Part shown: positions 9,476 to 19,472 of the stretch, in pieces
Layout: the number at the start of each line of letters is the position of its first letter
Position numbering within the stretch: position 1 is the stretch's first letter
Assembly: GCA_964568955.1 (NCBI GenBank)
Contig: CAZMSM010000001.1
Span: forward strand, 20,662 to 84,661
Direction: 5' to 3'
From: an uncultured Eubacteriales bacterium
GTDB lineage: Bacteria; Bacillota; Clostridia; Oscillospirales; Acutalibacteraceae
DNA length: 64,000 nucleotides
Notes under the pieces: generated by a model
The model's input: only the letters and a program-made list of their open reading frames with translations
Database searches by the model: none
What the model was told of the DNA's origin: nothing
Made by a program: the position numbers and the translations under genes

Positions 9476-10924
9476 TTGACATCAAGTAAGCATAAAATAA
9501 ACGTATCCATCCCGGAAGAAGAGATGGAAAAGCAGCGTGAATATACAGCAATGGCAAAGTCGATTTTGCTCGCTCGCAACGCCTCAAAGCAGCCCTTGGC
9601 CTTTGTTCGAACCTTTGGTTGCCAAGGCAATGTTTCGGACTCCGAACGATTAAAAGGGATGCTTATGGATATGGGTTATGGGCTGACCGAAACGGTTGAA
9701 GAGGCGGATTTGGCTATTTTCAATACCTGCGCTGTGCGCGAGCATGCACAGGACCGCGTTTTTGGAAATGTTGGTGCTCTTAAACCCCTGAAAGACAAAA
9801 ACCCTCGGCTCATCATCGCCCTTTGTGGGTGTATGATGCAGCAAGAATATATTGTCGAAAAAATAAAAGAAAGCTATTCGTTCGTTGACCTCGTTTTCGG
9901 AACACATGTTTTGCATAGAATGCCCGAGTTCTTGTATACTGCAATCAGCCGAGGGCAAAAAATGTACGAGATTTCTCAAACAGACGGCTTGATTGCCGAG
10001 GGGGTTGCACTGCATCGAGACAGTGCCTTTCAAGCTTGGTTGCCTATCATGTACGGGTGTGACAATTATTGCAGTTACTGTATTGTTCCCTATGTCAGAG
10101 GCAGAGAAAGAAGCCGAAAATTTGAAGACGTGATGGATGAGGCAAGGGGTCTTATTGCGGCAGGCTATAAAGAGATTACACTCTTAGGTCAAAATGTCAA
10201 TTCATATGGGAAAAACCTGTATTCGGATATTGATTTTTCGGCGTTATTGGAAAGCATCAATGCCATTGAAGGTGATTTTCTTATTCGTTTTATGACCTCG
10301 ACCCCAAGGGACTGCAACCGTCGACTTCTTGACACGATGGCTGCTTGCGAAAAAGTTGCAAGGCATATTCACCTCCCCTTTCAAAGCGGCAACAACAGGG
10401 TGTTAAAGGCCATGAACAGAGGCTATACGAGAGAAGAGTATTTAGACCTTATCGACTATGCACGTCAAGTTATGCCGGGAGTATCCATTACGAGCGATGT
10501 TATCGTCGGATTTCCCGGTGAAAGTGATGAAGAGTTTTGCGATACGCTCTCACTCGTAGAGCAAGTTCAATTTACCTCAATATATACGTTTATTTATTCG
10601 CCAAGGCAAGGAACCCTTGCGGCAACGATGCAAGATAATGCAACCCATGAAGAAAAAGTCAGTCGGTTTAAGAGGCTTACAAAACTGCAAGAAGGCATTG
10701 CGGGGGAGAGAACCGCATCGATGAAAGGTGAAACCCTTAGAGTGTTGTGCGAATCGGAGAAAAAGCCCGGTTCCGGCATTTTAATAGGGCGAACACAAGG
10801 TAATATCATCATTGAATTTGCGGCATCACCGGCGAATATCGGTAGCTATGTGGATGTGCTCGTAACCCAAGCAAGGACATGGATTCTCAAAGGGACTCCG
10901 ATAAAAATCGAGCAAAAGCCATAA
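9476..10924 (+). CDS. miaB: tRNA-2-methylthio-N6-dimethylallyladenosine synthase MiaB
   Basis: MTTase N-domain (FGCQGNVSDSE), radical-SAM motif CDNYCSYC and a TRAM domain. A TTG at 9476, 6 nt after GGAGGGG, is the likely start; the ORF track gives an ATG at 9446. Confidence 0.9.
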   Translation: MTSSKHKINVSIPEEEMEKQREYTAMAKSILLARNASKQPLAFVRTFGCQGNVSDSERLKGMLMDMGYGLTETVEEADLAIFNTCAVREHAQDRVFGNVGALKPLKDKNPRLIIALCGCMMQQEYIVEKIKESYSFVDLVFGTHVLHRMPEFLYTAISRGQKMYEISQTDGLIAEGVALHRDSAFQAWLPIMYGCDNYCSYCIVPYVRGRERSRKFEDVMDEARGLIAAGYKEITLLGQNVNSYGKNLYSDIDFSALLESINAIEGDFLIRFMTSTPRDCNRRLLDTMAACEKVARHIHLPFQSGNNRVLKAMNRGYTREEYLDLIDYARQVMPGVSITSDVIVGFPGESDEEFCDTLSLVEQVQFTSIYTFIYSPRQGTLAATMQDNATHEEKVSRFKRLTKLQEGIAGERTASMKGETLRVLCESEKKPGSGILIGRTQGNIIIEFAASPANIGSYVDVLVTQARTWILKGTPIKIEQKP

Positions 10925-10994
10925 AACCAAACGATTGTATCTATTGTGTCACCTGTAAAAGGATTGACATAAAATAAATTTAAGGAGAAATAAA

Positions 10995-11408
10995 ATGGAC
11001 TTAATTCAAATGACAAGGGAACTCGGCGAGGCAATACAGCAGGACGAAAGGTATCTCGCGCTCGCAAAGGCAAACGCAGTTAACGAAGCGGATACGCAAT
11101 TGAACAGCCTAATCGGTGAGATACAGATGATTCAGACAGCCTATCAAAGCGAAGCGGCAAAAGAAGGCGGGGACAAAGAAAAACTCGAAGAGCTTGATAA
11201 GCAATTTTCAGAAGTTTATGGCAAAGTTATGGCAAATGAAAATATGCAAACCTTTCAAGAGGCCAGAGAGGCGATTGATGATTTGATGAAAGAAATCACC
11301 GGTATTTTGGCTCTTTGTATTCGCGGTGAAGACCCTGCCACGTGCGAGCTTGAGCCTGAGCAAAGCTGCGAAGGTGAATGCTCGTCCTGCTGCAGTGAGT
11401 GCGAATAA
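10995..11408 (+). CDS. YlbF/YmcA-family protein with a Cys-rich C-terminal tail
   Basis: A helical protein of about 115 aa with a YlbF-like N-terminus (LGEAIQQDERYLALAKA...). It ends in TCELEPEQSCEGECSSCCSECE. Confidence 0.65.
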   Translation: MDLIQMTRELGEAIQQDERYLALAKANAVNEADTQLNSLIGEIQMIQTAYQSEAAKEGGDKEKLEELDKQFSEVYGKVMANENMQTFQEAREAIDDLMKEITGILALCIRGEDPATCELEPEQSCEGECSSCCSECE

Positions 11409-11443
11409 TATAAACGGCGCGGATTTGATTGCGAGGAAAGATT

Positions 11444-14062
11444 ATGGCCCAAGTTACCCCCATGATGAAACAGTATTTCGAGATAAAAGAGCAGTATGCT
11501 GATACCATCCTGCTATTTCGTCTGGGCGATTTCTACGAAATGTTCTTTGATGACGCCAAGCTCGCTTCTCGTGAGCTGGAACTGGTTCTAACCGGGCGTG
11601 ACTGGGGGCAACAAGAGCGCGCGCCCATGTGCGGCGTGCCTTTTCACAGCGCAGATTCCTATATTGCCCGCCTTGTCGCAAACGGTCATAAGGTTGCCAT
11701 TTGTGAACAGATCGAAGACCCTGCACTCGCAAAAGGACTCGTTCAACGCGATGTGGTTAGGGTTTTAACACCCGGCACAGTAATCGAAAGCAGTATGCTT
11801 GATGAGGGACGTAACAATTACCTCGCTTGCGTTTATTTAAACTCCGAAAAAGCGGGGGTCTGTTTTGTCGATGTTTCCACAGGTACGCTGCATTTAACTC
11901 AACTTGCCGCGCCCGGTTTGATGACAAAAGTCGTTAATGAACTTGGGCACTACAGACCCTCCGAGATTATTTGTAATGACGATGCATCTTTAATAAAAAG
12001 GATCAAAGAATACATGAACAGCGTGAAAGAGACGGTTCTCGAAACACGTGCCGAAGAGGATTTTGATTACACTTCATGCTCAAAAATAGTCTTGACTCAC
12101 TTTCAGGCGGAAAACCTTGAAAAGCTTGGGTTGGAAAGTTTCGCGGAATCCGTTTGCTCCCTTGGTGGCGCTCTGGCCTACTTGTTTGAAGTGCAAAAGT
12201 CGGACCTAAAAAATATCAACAGCATCGACTTTTACAATGATGCCCAGTTTATGCGCTTGGATGTCTCGGCTCGGCGTAATTTAGAACTTGTTGAAACCAT
12301 TCGGAACAGGGAGAAAAAGGGTTCCTTGCTCTGGGTTATGGACAAGACAAAGACCTCCATGGGTAAACGATTGTTGCGAAACTGGTTGGAGCAGCCCATC
12401 CTTAGTTTGGCAAAAATCACCAGGCGGCACAGCGCTGTCGGTGAGCTATATGCAAACTCTGTTGTGAGACAGGATGAAATGATTTTGCTCTCAAGCGTCC
12501 ATGATGTGGAGCGACTGATGGCCCGTATCGTTTACGGCACAGCCAACGCGAAAGAAATAAGAGCGTTGGTTACAACGATAAAGGTTTTACCGCAGATACG
12601 CGAACCTTTGGAATCATGCAAATCCGCCATGCTGGCGGACATTTATCAAGACATAGATTTACTCGCTGATATTGAAACGTTGATTGATGAAGCCATCGCA
12701 GAAGACCCGCCTTTTACCACCAGGGAAGGTGGCATGATTCAAGACGGCTATAATGCCGAGCTCGATTCTTTGCGGGCTATTTCCGATGATGGAAAGGTTT
12801 ATATTGCATCGATTCAAGCCAAAGAACAAGAAAAAACCGGCATAAAAAAGTTAAAAATCGGCTACAACAGAGTATTCGGGTATTTTATAGAGATACCGAA
12901 CTCTTTTAAAGATTCGGCGCCCGATGAATACATACGTAAACAGACTTTGGCAAATTGTGAGCGATATATAACGCAAGAACTCAAAGAATTGGAATCAAAA
13001 GTGCTCGGTGCGCAAGAACGGATTGTTAAGCTTGAGTATGAGCTGTTTGTTGAAGTACGCGAACAGATTGCCGAACAGTACGATAGAATTCAAAAATCAG
13101 CTTGCGCATTGGCTACGCTCGATACCTTGTGCTCACTCGCCCAGGTGGCCGCAGCAAATAATTACATTTGCCCCGATATGAGCACGGGCTATGAGATCGA
13201 AATAAAAGACGGCAGGCATCCTGTCGTCGAGCTGGTGCTTGACGCGGCTCCGTTTGTGCCGAATGACACGTCTCTTGACTGTACGGATAACCGTTGCGCT
13301 ATCATTACCGGTCCCAATATGGCGGGCAAATCAACCTTCATGCGTCAAGTGGCTTTAATTGTTCTAATGGCTCAAATGGGCAGTTTTGTACCGGCTTCAA
13401 GTGCCAAAATCGGAATTGTTGACAGCATTTTCACACGTATAGGCGCATCGGACGATTTATCGGCAGGGCAGTCTACTTTTATGGTTGAAATGAGCGAAGT
13501 TGCTCAAATCCTTAAAAATGCAACAGCAAGTAGCTTAATTATTTATGACGAAATCGGAAGAGGCACGTCAACATTTGACGGTATGAGTATCGCAAGGGCT
13601 GTACTCGAATACACGACTGATAAAAAAAAGCTTGGCGCAAAAACATTGTTTGCAACGCATTACCACGAACTGACGGAACTTGAAGAGCACCTTGAAGGGG
13701 TAAAGAATTATAATATTGCCGTAAAAAAAAGAGGCGATGAAATTACATTTTTGCGACGGATTGTAAGAGGCGGGGCAGATCAGAGCTATGGAATAGAGGT
13801 AGCAAAGCTCGCGGGCGTTCCAAATGCTGTTGTCAACAGGGCAAAAGTTATTTTAAAAGATTTGGAAGAGGACGACACCCAAAAACCAAGCGTGCCTCAA
13901 AAATCTTTGCTTCGTGAAACGGAAGAAGCGCAGGTTTCCTTCCACACAAACGCCGCAAATTCTGTTATAGACAGACTAAAGAAGATGGATATTAATACGT
14001 TAACACCCATTGAGGCTATGGGAATCCTCTACGAACTGGCTAGAGAGGCTGAAAGTTTATGA
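11444..14062 (+). CDS. mutS: DNA mismatch repair protein MutS
   Basis: N-terminal mismatch-binding motif (TPMMKQY...GDFYE), Walker A GPNMAGKST, and FATHYHEL. The ATG follows GAGGAAAG. Confidence 0.97.
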   Translation: MAQVTPMMKQYFEIKEQYADTILLFRLGDFYEMFFDDAKLASRELELVLTGRDWGQQERAPMCGVPFHSADSYIARLVANGHKVAICEQIEDPALAKGLVQRDVVRVLTPGTVIESSMLDEGRNNYLACVYLNSEKAGVCFVDVSTGTLHLTQLAAPGLMTKVVNELGHYRPSEIICNDDASLIKRIKEYMNSVKETVLETRAEEDFDYTSCSKIVLTHFQAENLEKLGLESFAESVCSLGGALAYLFEVQKSDLKNINSIDFYNDAQFMRLDVSARRNLELVETIRNREKKGSLLWVMDKTKTSMGKRLLRNWLEQPILSLAKITRRHSAVGELYANSVVRQDEMILLSSVHDVERLMARIVYGTANAKEIRALVTTIKVLPQIREPLESCKSAMLADIYQDIDLLADIETLIDEAIAEDPPFTTREGGMIQDGYNAELDSLRAISDDGKVYIASIQAKEQEKTGIKKLKIGYNRVFGYFIEIPNSFKDSAPDEYIRKQTLANCERYITQELKELESKVLGAQERIVKLEYELFVEVREQIAEQYDRIQKSACALATLDTLCSLAQVAAANNYICPDMSTGYEIEIKDGRHPVVELVLDAAPFVPNDTSLDCTDNRCAIITGPNMAGKSTFMRQVALIVLMAQMGSFVPASSAKIGIVDSIFTRIGASDDLSAGQSTFMVEMSEVAQILKNATASSLIIYDEIGRGTSTFDGMSIARAVLEYTTDKKKLGAKTLFATHYHELTELEEHLEGVKNYNIAVKKRGDEITFLRRIVRGGADQSYGIEVAKLAGVPNAVVNRAKVILKDLEEDDTQKPSVPQKSLLRETEEAQVSFHTNAANSVIDRLKKMDINTLTPIEAMGILYELAREAESL

Positions 14063-16017
14063 ACAAGATAAAAGTTCTTTCAAGACAAGTTGCCGAGCTT
14101 ATTGCAGCCGGTGAAGTGGTTGAACGCCCTGCCTCGGTTGTTAAAGAAATAATGGAAAACGCTATTGACGCGGGTGCGTCGTCAATTACCATCGAAATCA
14201 AAAACGGCGGTATCACTTTTATAAGAATTACCGACAATGGGTCAGGCATAGCCAAAGAGGATGTAGCCAACGCCTTTAAAAGCCATGCTACAAGCAAAAT
14301 AAACACGGTACTTGATCTTGATTCTATAGCAACACTCGGCTTCAGGGGGGAAGCACTCGCGTCCATCGCCGCTGTCTCAAAAGTTGAGTTATTAACCAGA
14401 ACCGCCGATGAAAAAAACGCAACACGTTACTGTATTGAAGGCGGCGAAGAGGTTTTACTGGATGATGCGGGCAGTCCTAAAGGAACGACTCTGATTATTC
14501 GTGATCTTTTTTACAACACACCGGCGCGCATGAAATTTTTAAAAAGAGATGTTACGGAAGCAAATGCGATTGCAGGCGTTGTTGACAAAATCGCTCTGTC
14601 ACACCCTGAGGTTGCTGTCAGGTTTATCCGTGATGGAAAACAAACCCTCCTAACACCCGGTGATGGGGAATTGACGAACACCATTTACAGTATTTTTGGC
14701 AAAGAGTTTGCCGATAGTCTTATTCCGGCAGAGTATGCGCTTGAAAATGTTAAGGTTAGCGGCTATGTGTCCAAACCGCTTTCCGCGCGTTCAAACAGAA
14801 GCATGCAGTTTTTCTTTTTAAATGGCAGGCTTATTAAAACAGTCACCGGCATGACCGCTTTGGGTGAGGCCTATAAAAATGCAATAATGGTCGGCAAATT
14901 CCCGGCTTGCGTTTTGAATATCGAGATAGCGCCGGATATGGTGGATATTAATGTACATCCCGCAAAAATCGAGGCAAGGTTTGTGAATGAAAAGCACTTA
15001 TTTAACGCTGTTTATTATTGCGCGAAAAACGCAATCGGCACCGGAGACACCAGGCCAAGCATCGAACTAACAAAAACGGCCGCCGCACAATATATTAAGG
15101 CTGTTGAACAAGTGCAGCAAATGAGTTTACCGGTCAAAAAAGATGATTTTTGGGTGCACAAACCGTTTGATGGTAAAAAAAGCGCACGCGTAAATATTGA
15201 TATTAATCCCGAAGACGAAGTCGAGGGTTCGGATACAAACCGAGTTGATATATCAAAGGGGGAAAACTCCCTTTCAGCTGTAGCGTGTGAGCCGGCAGAG
15301 CCTTATAAACCATCACAGAAGACACAGGAAGTTACGGCTACAGGAGAAATACAGGACACGGGACAAAGTGCTGTTCCGCAAGAGCAAACTCATCGCTTGG
15401 ATGAGCTTGAGCAACAGGTGGAAACACCCCTGCACCATACGTTGAACGAGGAACCCGTTGAGTTGATCGGAGAAATTTTCAACACCTATATAATCGCACA
15501 AATCAAGGATAAAATACTCATCATTGATAAACACGCCGCTCATGAGAGGATAATTTATAACAGGCTGATAGCCGAAAAACAGGCAGATTCACAGCAATTA
15601 TTGCTCGCCCCCATTACCGTTACGTTGAGCAAAGAAGAATATTCCGCAGTGCTTGAACATCTGGACATGTTTAAACAAGCTTGTTTTGAAATCGAAGATT
15701 TTGGCCAGGGGATGCTTATCGTGCGGGAATGCCCTATGATGATTGAAGTAGGGGATATACAAAATATAGTTGCGGAGATTGCCGGGAATCTGCTCAACAA
15801 CAAAACAAGTTTTGACACAAATAAGCTGGAGAGCCTATATCAATCCATCGCTTGCCGTGCCGCTATTAAGGCCGGTGATTTTACATCGGATTTTGAAAGA
15901 AAACGTTTTGTATATTATTTGTTAAAAACACCGAACATTCGTTACTGCCCTCACGGCAGGCCTGTTTACATCGAGATGAAGCGAAGCGAGCTTGAAAAAA
16001 GCTTCGGCAGGTCGTAG
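14059..16017 (+). CDS. mutL: DNA mismatch repair protein MutL
   Basis: GHKL ATPase motifs (AAGEVVERPASVVKE, ENAIDAG, DNGSGI, LGFRGEAL) and a C-terminal dimerisation domain. The ATGA overlaps the mutS stop. Confidence 0.97.
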   Translation: MNKIKVLSRQVAELIAAGEVVERPASVVKEIMENAIDAGASSITIEIKNGGITFIRITDNGSGIAKEDVANAFKSHATSKINTVLDLDSIATLGFRGEALASIAAVSKVELLTRTADEKNATRYCIEGGEEVLLDDAGSPKGTTLIIRDLFYNTPARMKFLKRDVTEANAIAGVVDKIALSHPEVAVRFIRDGKQTLLTPGDGELTNTIYSIFGKEFADSLIPAEYALENVKVSGYVSKPLSARSNRSMQFFFLNGRLIKTVTGMTALGEAYKNAIMVGKFPACVLNIEIAPDMVDINVHPAKIEARFVNEKHLFNAVYYCAKNAIGTGDTRPSIELTKTAAAQYIKAVEQVQQMSLPVKKDDFWVHKPFDGKKSARVNIDINPEDEVEGSDTNRVDISKGENSLSAVACEPAEPYKPSQKTQEVTATGEIQDTGQSAVPQEQTHRLDELEQQVETPLHHTLNEEPVELIGEIFNTYIIAQIKDKILIIDKHAAHERIIYNRLIAEKQADSQQLLLAPITVTLSKEEYSAVLEHLDMFKQACFEIEDFGQGMLIVRECPMMIEVGDIQNIVAEIAGNLLNNKTSFDTNKLESLYQSIACRAAIKAGDFTSDFERKRFVYYLLKTPNIRYCPHGRPVYIEMKRSELEKSFGRS

Positions 16018-17023
16018 ACATACTGGAGGGGTAAAAATCGAAATAGAAATTGAGCAGAAAAAAATTCCTGTTGTTGCGGTGGTCGGACCCACAGCGTCCG
16101 GCAAATCAACCCTAGCTATAGAACTTTGCAAAAAACTAAACGGAGAAGTCGTGTCCGCGGACTCCATGCAGATATATAAAAAAATTGCCATTGCGACAGC
16201 AAAGCCGGCCGCTGACGAAATGCAAGGCGTTGCTCACCATCTTATCGGTATTATTGAACCGGAAGACAATTTTAGCGTTGTGCAGTTTCGCGCATTGGCA
16301 GGGGATTGCATCAATCAAATCATGGGGCGCGGCAATGTCCCCGTGATTGTCGGTGGAACCGGGCTGTATGTTGACGCTCTGCTCCAAAACATTGAATTTC
16401 CGGATGTTAAATCAGATTTTTTGTTGCGCGAAAACCTACGCTTGAAAGCGCAGGGGGAAGGTGCAAGGGTCTTGCATGACGAGCTGATGAATATTGACCC
16501 TGAAACGGCAACTAAAATTCACACGAATGATGTCGGCCGAATCATCAGAGCACTTGAACTGTATTATACAACAGGGCAAAAGCCTTCCGTCTATGCGCGC
16601 TTATCAAGGTTAAAATCTTCGCCATATGCTCCTGTAATGATTGGCCTTAACTATAGAGACAGACAACATTTATATGACCGTATTGACAGCAGAGTTGACG
16701 AAATGGTTGAAAAAGGCCTTCTTGAAGAGGCTAAGATGTTTTATAAGACTTATGCATCGGGCACATCACAGCAAGCCATTGGATACAAAGAGTTGTTTGC
16801 CTACTTTGAGGGGCAAAACACCCTTGACCAAGCGCTCGAAAAGCTCAAGCGCGATACCAGGCGTTACGCGAAGAGACAGCTTACCTGGTTTGGGAAAAAT
16901 GAGGACATTCACTGGATTTACAGGGATGAATTTAAAACGAACAAAGAAATTACCGCTGAAGCCCTTGGCATGATTGAAGAGAGCGGAGTTTTAAGAGGTG
17001 AGATAGGGTCTAATGAAAAGTAA
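15992..17023 (+). CDS. miaA: tRNA dimethylallyltransferase MiaA
   Basis: P-loop GPTASGKS, plus SADSMQIYK and the QLTWF region. The start is uncertain. The only canonical in-frame start is the TTG at 15992, while a strong GGAGGGG at 16025-16031 is followed only by ATC, ATA or ATT codons. Confidence 0.88.
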   Translation: MKKASAGRRHTGGVKIEIEIEQKKIPVVAVVGPTASGKSTLAIELCKKLNGEVVSADSMQIYKKIAIATAKPAADEMQGVAHHLIGIIEPEDNFSVVQFRALAGDCINQIMGRGNVPVIVGGTGLYVDALLQNIEFPDVKSDFLLRENLRLKAQGEGARVLHDELMNIDPETATKIHTNDVGRIIRALELYYTTGQKPSVYARLSRLKSSPYAPVMIGLNYRDRQHLYDRIDSRVDEMVEKGLLEEAKMFYKTYASGTSQQAIGYKELFAYFEGQNTLDQALEKLKRDTRRYAKRQLTWFGKNEDIHWIYRDEFKTNKEITAEALGMIEESGVLRGEIGSNEK

Positions 17024-18245
17024 AACAAAAAACATCCTGTTTGCGGTTACGGCAGCCCTTGCCTTGCTTTTGATATATGGCGTATTTGGCAATAAGGCTA
17101 CCCCTGTAAAAACGGAAGTAGTGTATGAAAAAGCGGTTGTAACAACTATAGACACTCGAATCTTTGTCGTCAGGGATGAAAAAGTTATCAGCAAGGGCGC
17201 CTCTGTAGCAACGATACCCATGGTACAAGACGGCGATAAGGTAGCTAAAGGAGATTTATTTTCTATCGTGTGCGATAGTACCGAGGATGCGTCTGCTTAT
17301 TTAGAGGCAGAAAAAATCAGAGGTAAAATCCAACGCTATGAGCAATTTAGCAACAAACAAAGTTTAAGTGCGATTGATATTGAGAAACTCGACAAAGAGA
17401 TTGACTTGCTTTTTACCAACATGTTAGACTGCGCAAATAAGCAAAACTTCAGCGATTATACCCGGTTTGCGGACAGTTTAAAAGATAAACTGACAAACAG
17501 ACAAATCGCAGTTGGTGTGCAGAACATTGATCTTGATGCCAAGATAACTGCTTTAAAATCAAAGCTTGCAGAACTTGAGGTGAAGGAGCTAACAACGAGG
17601 AAGCTTTTTTCCGACCACGCGGGGTATTATGTGAGCAAGTTGGATGCAAATGAAAGCATAATCCCTTACAGCAATATTAATGATGTTACCCCAGCGCAAA
17701 TTGAACAAGCTATCATCGGTGCGGAAAACAGTTCTATATCTGAAAAATCGGGCAAGATAATAAGCAGTTTCAATTGGTATTTACTCGCCGCTGTTAACAA
17801 TGAGCAAGTAACTGACCTTATAATTGGGGACAAAAAAGAGCTTTTGATCGGCAAAAATGGAGAGATTGCATTGCTTGCAACCGTACATGCTATCAATCGT
17901 GTCCCCGGCGAAAAAACCGCTATCGTGTTCATATGCAATCAAATGAATGAAACATATGCAAATTTGAGAGCTGAGGATGCTAAAATTGTATTGAGCACCT
18001 ACACCGGTTACAAAATTAACAATGCAGCGATAAGAACAAAGGATAATGTCAAAGGCGTATATGCAGTGAGGAACAATGTCGTCGTCTTTCGGAAACTTAA
18101 TCTTTTAGAATCGCACGAAACCTACAGCATTGCAGAAATACCTTCGAGCAAATCGAGTGGCGACGCTTATAAAAGCATTCAATTGTATGATGAAATTATT
18201 GTGGAAGGGAAAAATCTTTATGAAGGAAAAATTGTCAAAAGATAA
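17013..18245 (+). CDS. Membrane-anchored HlyD-like (membrane-fusion-type) protein
   Basis: N-terminal TM segment, a barrel-like segment (VQDGDKVAKGDLF), a long coiled-coil hairpin and a C-terminal beta domain. No transporter partner is adjacent. Confidence 0.5.
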   Translation: MKSKTKNILFAVTAALALLLIYGVFGNKATPVKTEVVYEKAVVTTIDTRIFVVRDEKVISKGASVATIPMVQDGDKVAKGDLFSIVCDSTEDASAYLEAEKIRGKIQRYEQFSNKQSLSAIDIEKLDKEIDLLFTNMLDCANKQNFSDYTRFADSLKDKLTNRQIAVGVQNIDLDAKITALKSKLAELEVKELTTRKLFSDHAGYYVSKLDANESIIPYSNINDVTPAQIEQAIIGAENSSISEKSGKIISSFNWYLLAAVNNEQVTDLIIGDKKELLIGKNGEIALLATVHAINRVPGEKTAIVFICNQMNETYANLRAEDAKIVLSTYTGYKINNAAIRTKDNVKGVYAVRNNVVVFRKLNLLESHETYSIAEIPSSKSSGDAYKSIQLYDEIIVEGKNLYEGKIVKR

Positions 18246-18942
18246 GAGGATGACTTCCATTGAAGAAAACATCAAACACATGAACGAAAATGTTGCGCAA
18301 GCAGCGTTAAAGTCCGGTAGAAAACCGCAAGACATACAGATTATGGCTGTAACAAAGACGGTTGAGCCGATTTATATTAACCATGCTATTTCGTGTGGGA
18401 TAAAGCTCATCGGTGAAAACCGCGTGCAAGAATACCTCGGTAAAATTGAAGCGCTTGCTTTGGATAGCTGTCAGGCGCACCTAATCGGCCACTTGCAGAC
18501 CAATAAGGTCCGACAAATAATCGGAAAAGTCTCTATGATTCAATCTGTTGACAGTGTGAAAATAGCCAAAGAAATCGGTAAAAGGAGCTTGGGTGCAGGA
18601 ATTATAACCCCCGTGTTGATGGAGGTTAATGTCGCTGCGGAACCCGGCAAATTTGGGTTCACAATGGACTCTGCTATTGAAAAAGCTTATGAGATTGCCG
18701 AAATAGAAGGCATAGAACTTAGTGGGATGATGACAATTCCGCCCATATCCGATGATGAAAAGATAATTCGGCAAAATTTTTCAAATATAAAGGCTCTGTT
18801 TGTTGACATTCGGGACAAAAAAATACATAATGGTAGCATGAAAATATTATCTATGGGAATGACCGGCGATTATCGACAAGCAATTATGGAAGGTTCAAAC
18901 CTAATAAGAGTCGGGTCAGCAATTTTTGGTATAAGAGAATAA
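18220..18942 (+). CDS. ylmE: PLP-binding protein of the YggS/YlmE family
   Basis: PLP-lysine motif AVTKTV and HLIGHLQTNK, in the position upstream of sepF. The start is either the ATG at 18220 or the one at 18250. Confidence 0.85.
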   Translation: MKEKLSKDKRMTSIEENIKHMNENVAQAALKSGRKPQDIQIMAVTKTVEPIYINHAISCGIKLIGENRVQEYLGKIEALALDSCQAHLIGHLQTNKVRQIIGKVSMIQSVDSVKIAKEIGKRSLGAGIITPVLMEVNVAAEPGKFGFTMDSAIEKAYEIAEIEGIELSGMMTIPPISDDEKIIRQNFSNIKALFVDIRDKKIHNGSMKILSMGMTGDYRQAIMEGSNLIRVGSAIFGIRE

Positions 18943-18963
18943 TAAATTTAGGAGGAAGAAAAG

Positions 18964-19449
18964 ATGGCATGGCTTGAAAAAGTAAGGAAATTCATCAACA
19001 CGTCAGAAGAAGAGTACGAGGATTGTGAATTCGATCCTACCGAAGGTTCCATCGCTTACGAGACAAAGAGACCAAGGTATGAAGAAACCGACTTTCACAC
19101 AACATCTCCAAACCCTTCCACTACAAAAGAAACAAACGGCAACATTGTTGACTTTAATTCCTCAAGTTCAAAACCACATGTTGTATTTAAAAAACTTGAC
19201 CGTTATGAAGATGCTGCCGACGTAGCGGATGTCTTGGGCGAAAAACGCATAGTAGTACTTAATTTGGAAACATGTCAGCCGGATATTTCCAGGCGTATCA
19301 TCGACTTCCTTTATGGGGTTGCCTATGCGAACAATGGAGAACTTAAACGCATCGCAGGCAGAGCATACATCATTACACCTTATAATGTTCCTTTAACAGG
19401 TGAGCTGCTTGACGAGGTAGATACGTCGAACATCGGGATTACTTTCTAA
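18964..19449 (+). CDS. sepF: Cell division protein SepF
   Basis: An N-terminal short amphipathic segment, a linker, and the conserved C-terminal SepF core (RIVVLNLE...RIIDFLYGVAYA..G). It sits between ylmE and divIVA. Confidence 0.85.
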   Translation: MAWLEKVRKFINTSEEEYEDCEFDPTEGSIAYETKRPRYEETDFHTTSPNPSTTKETNGNIVDFNSSSSKPHVVFKKLDRYEDAADVADVLGEKRIVVLNLETCQPDISRRIIDFLYGVAYANNGELKRIAGRAYIITPYNVPLTGELLDEVDTSNIGITF

Positions 19450-19472
19450 ATAAAAATTGGAGGAGCAACTTT

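Noticed and set aside
16025-16051. A strong GGAGGGG inside the 5' part of the miaA ORF, followed in frame only by ATC, ATA or ATT. This could point to a non-canonical start codon.
   Set aside because: It cannot be distinguished from a chance SD-like sequence. A canonical TTG at 15992 keeps the frame open. N-terminal proteomics or Ribo-seq would be needed, so I have only noted it as start uncertainty.
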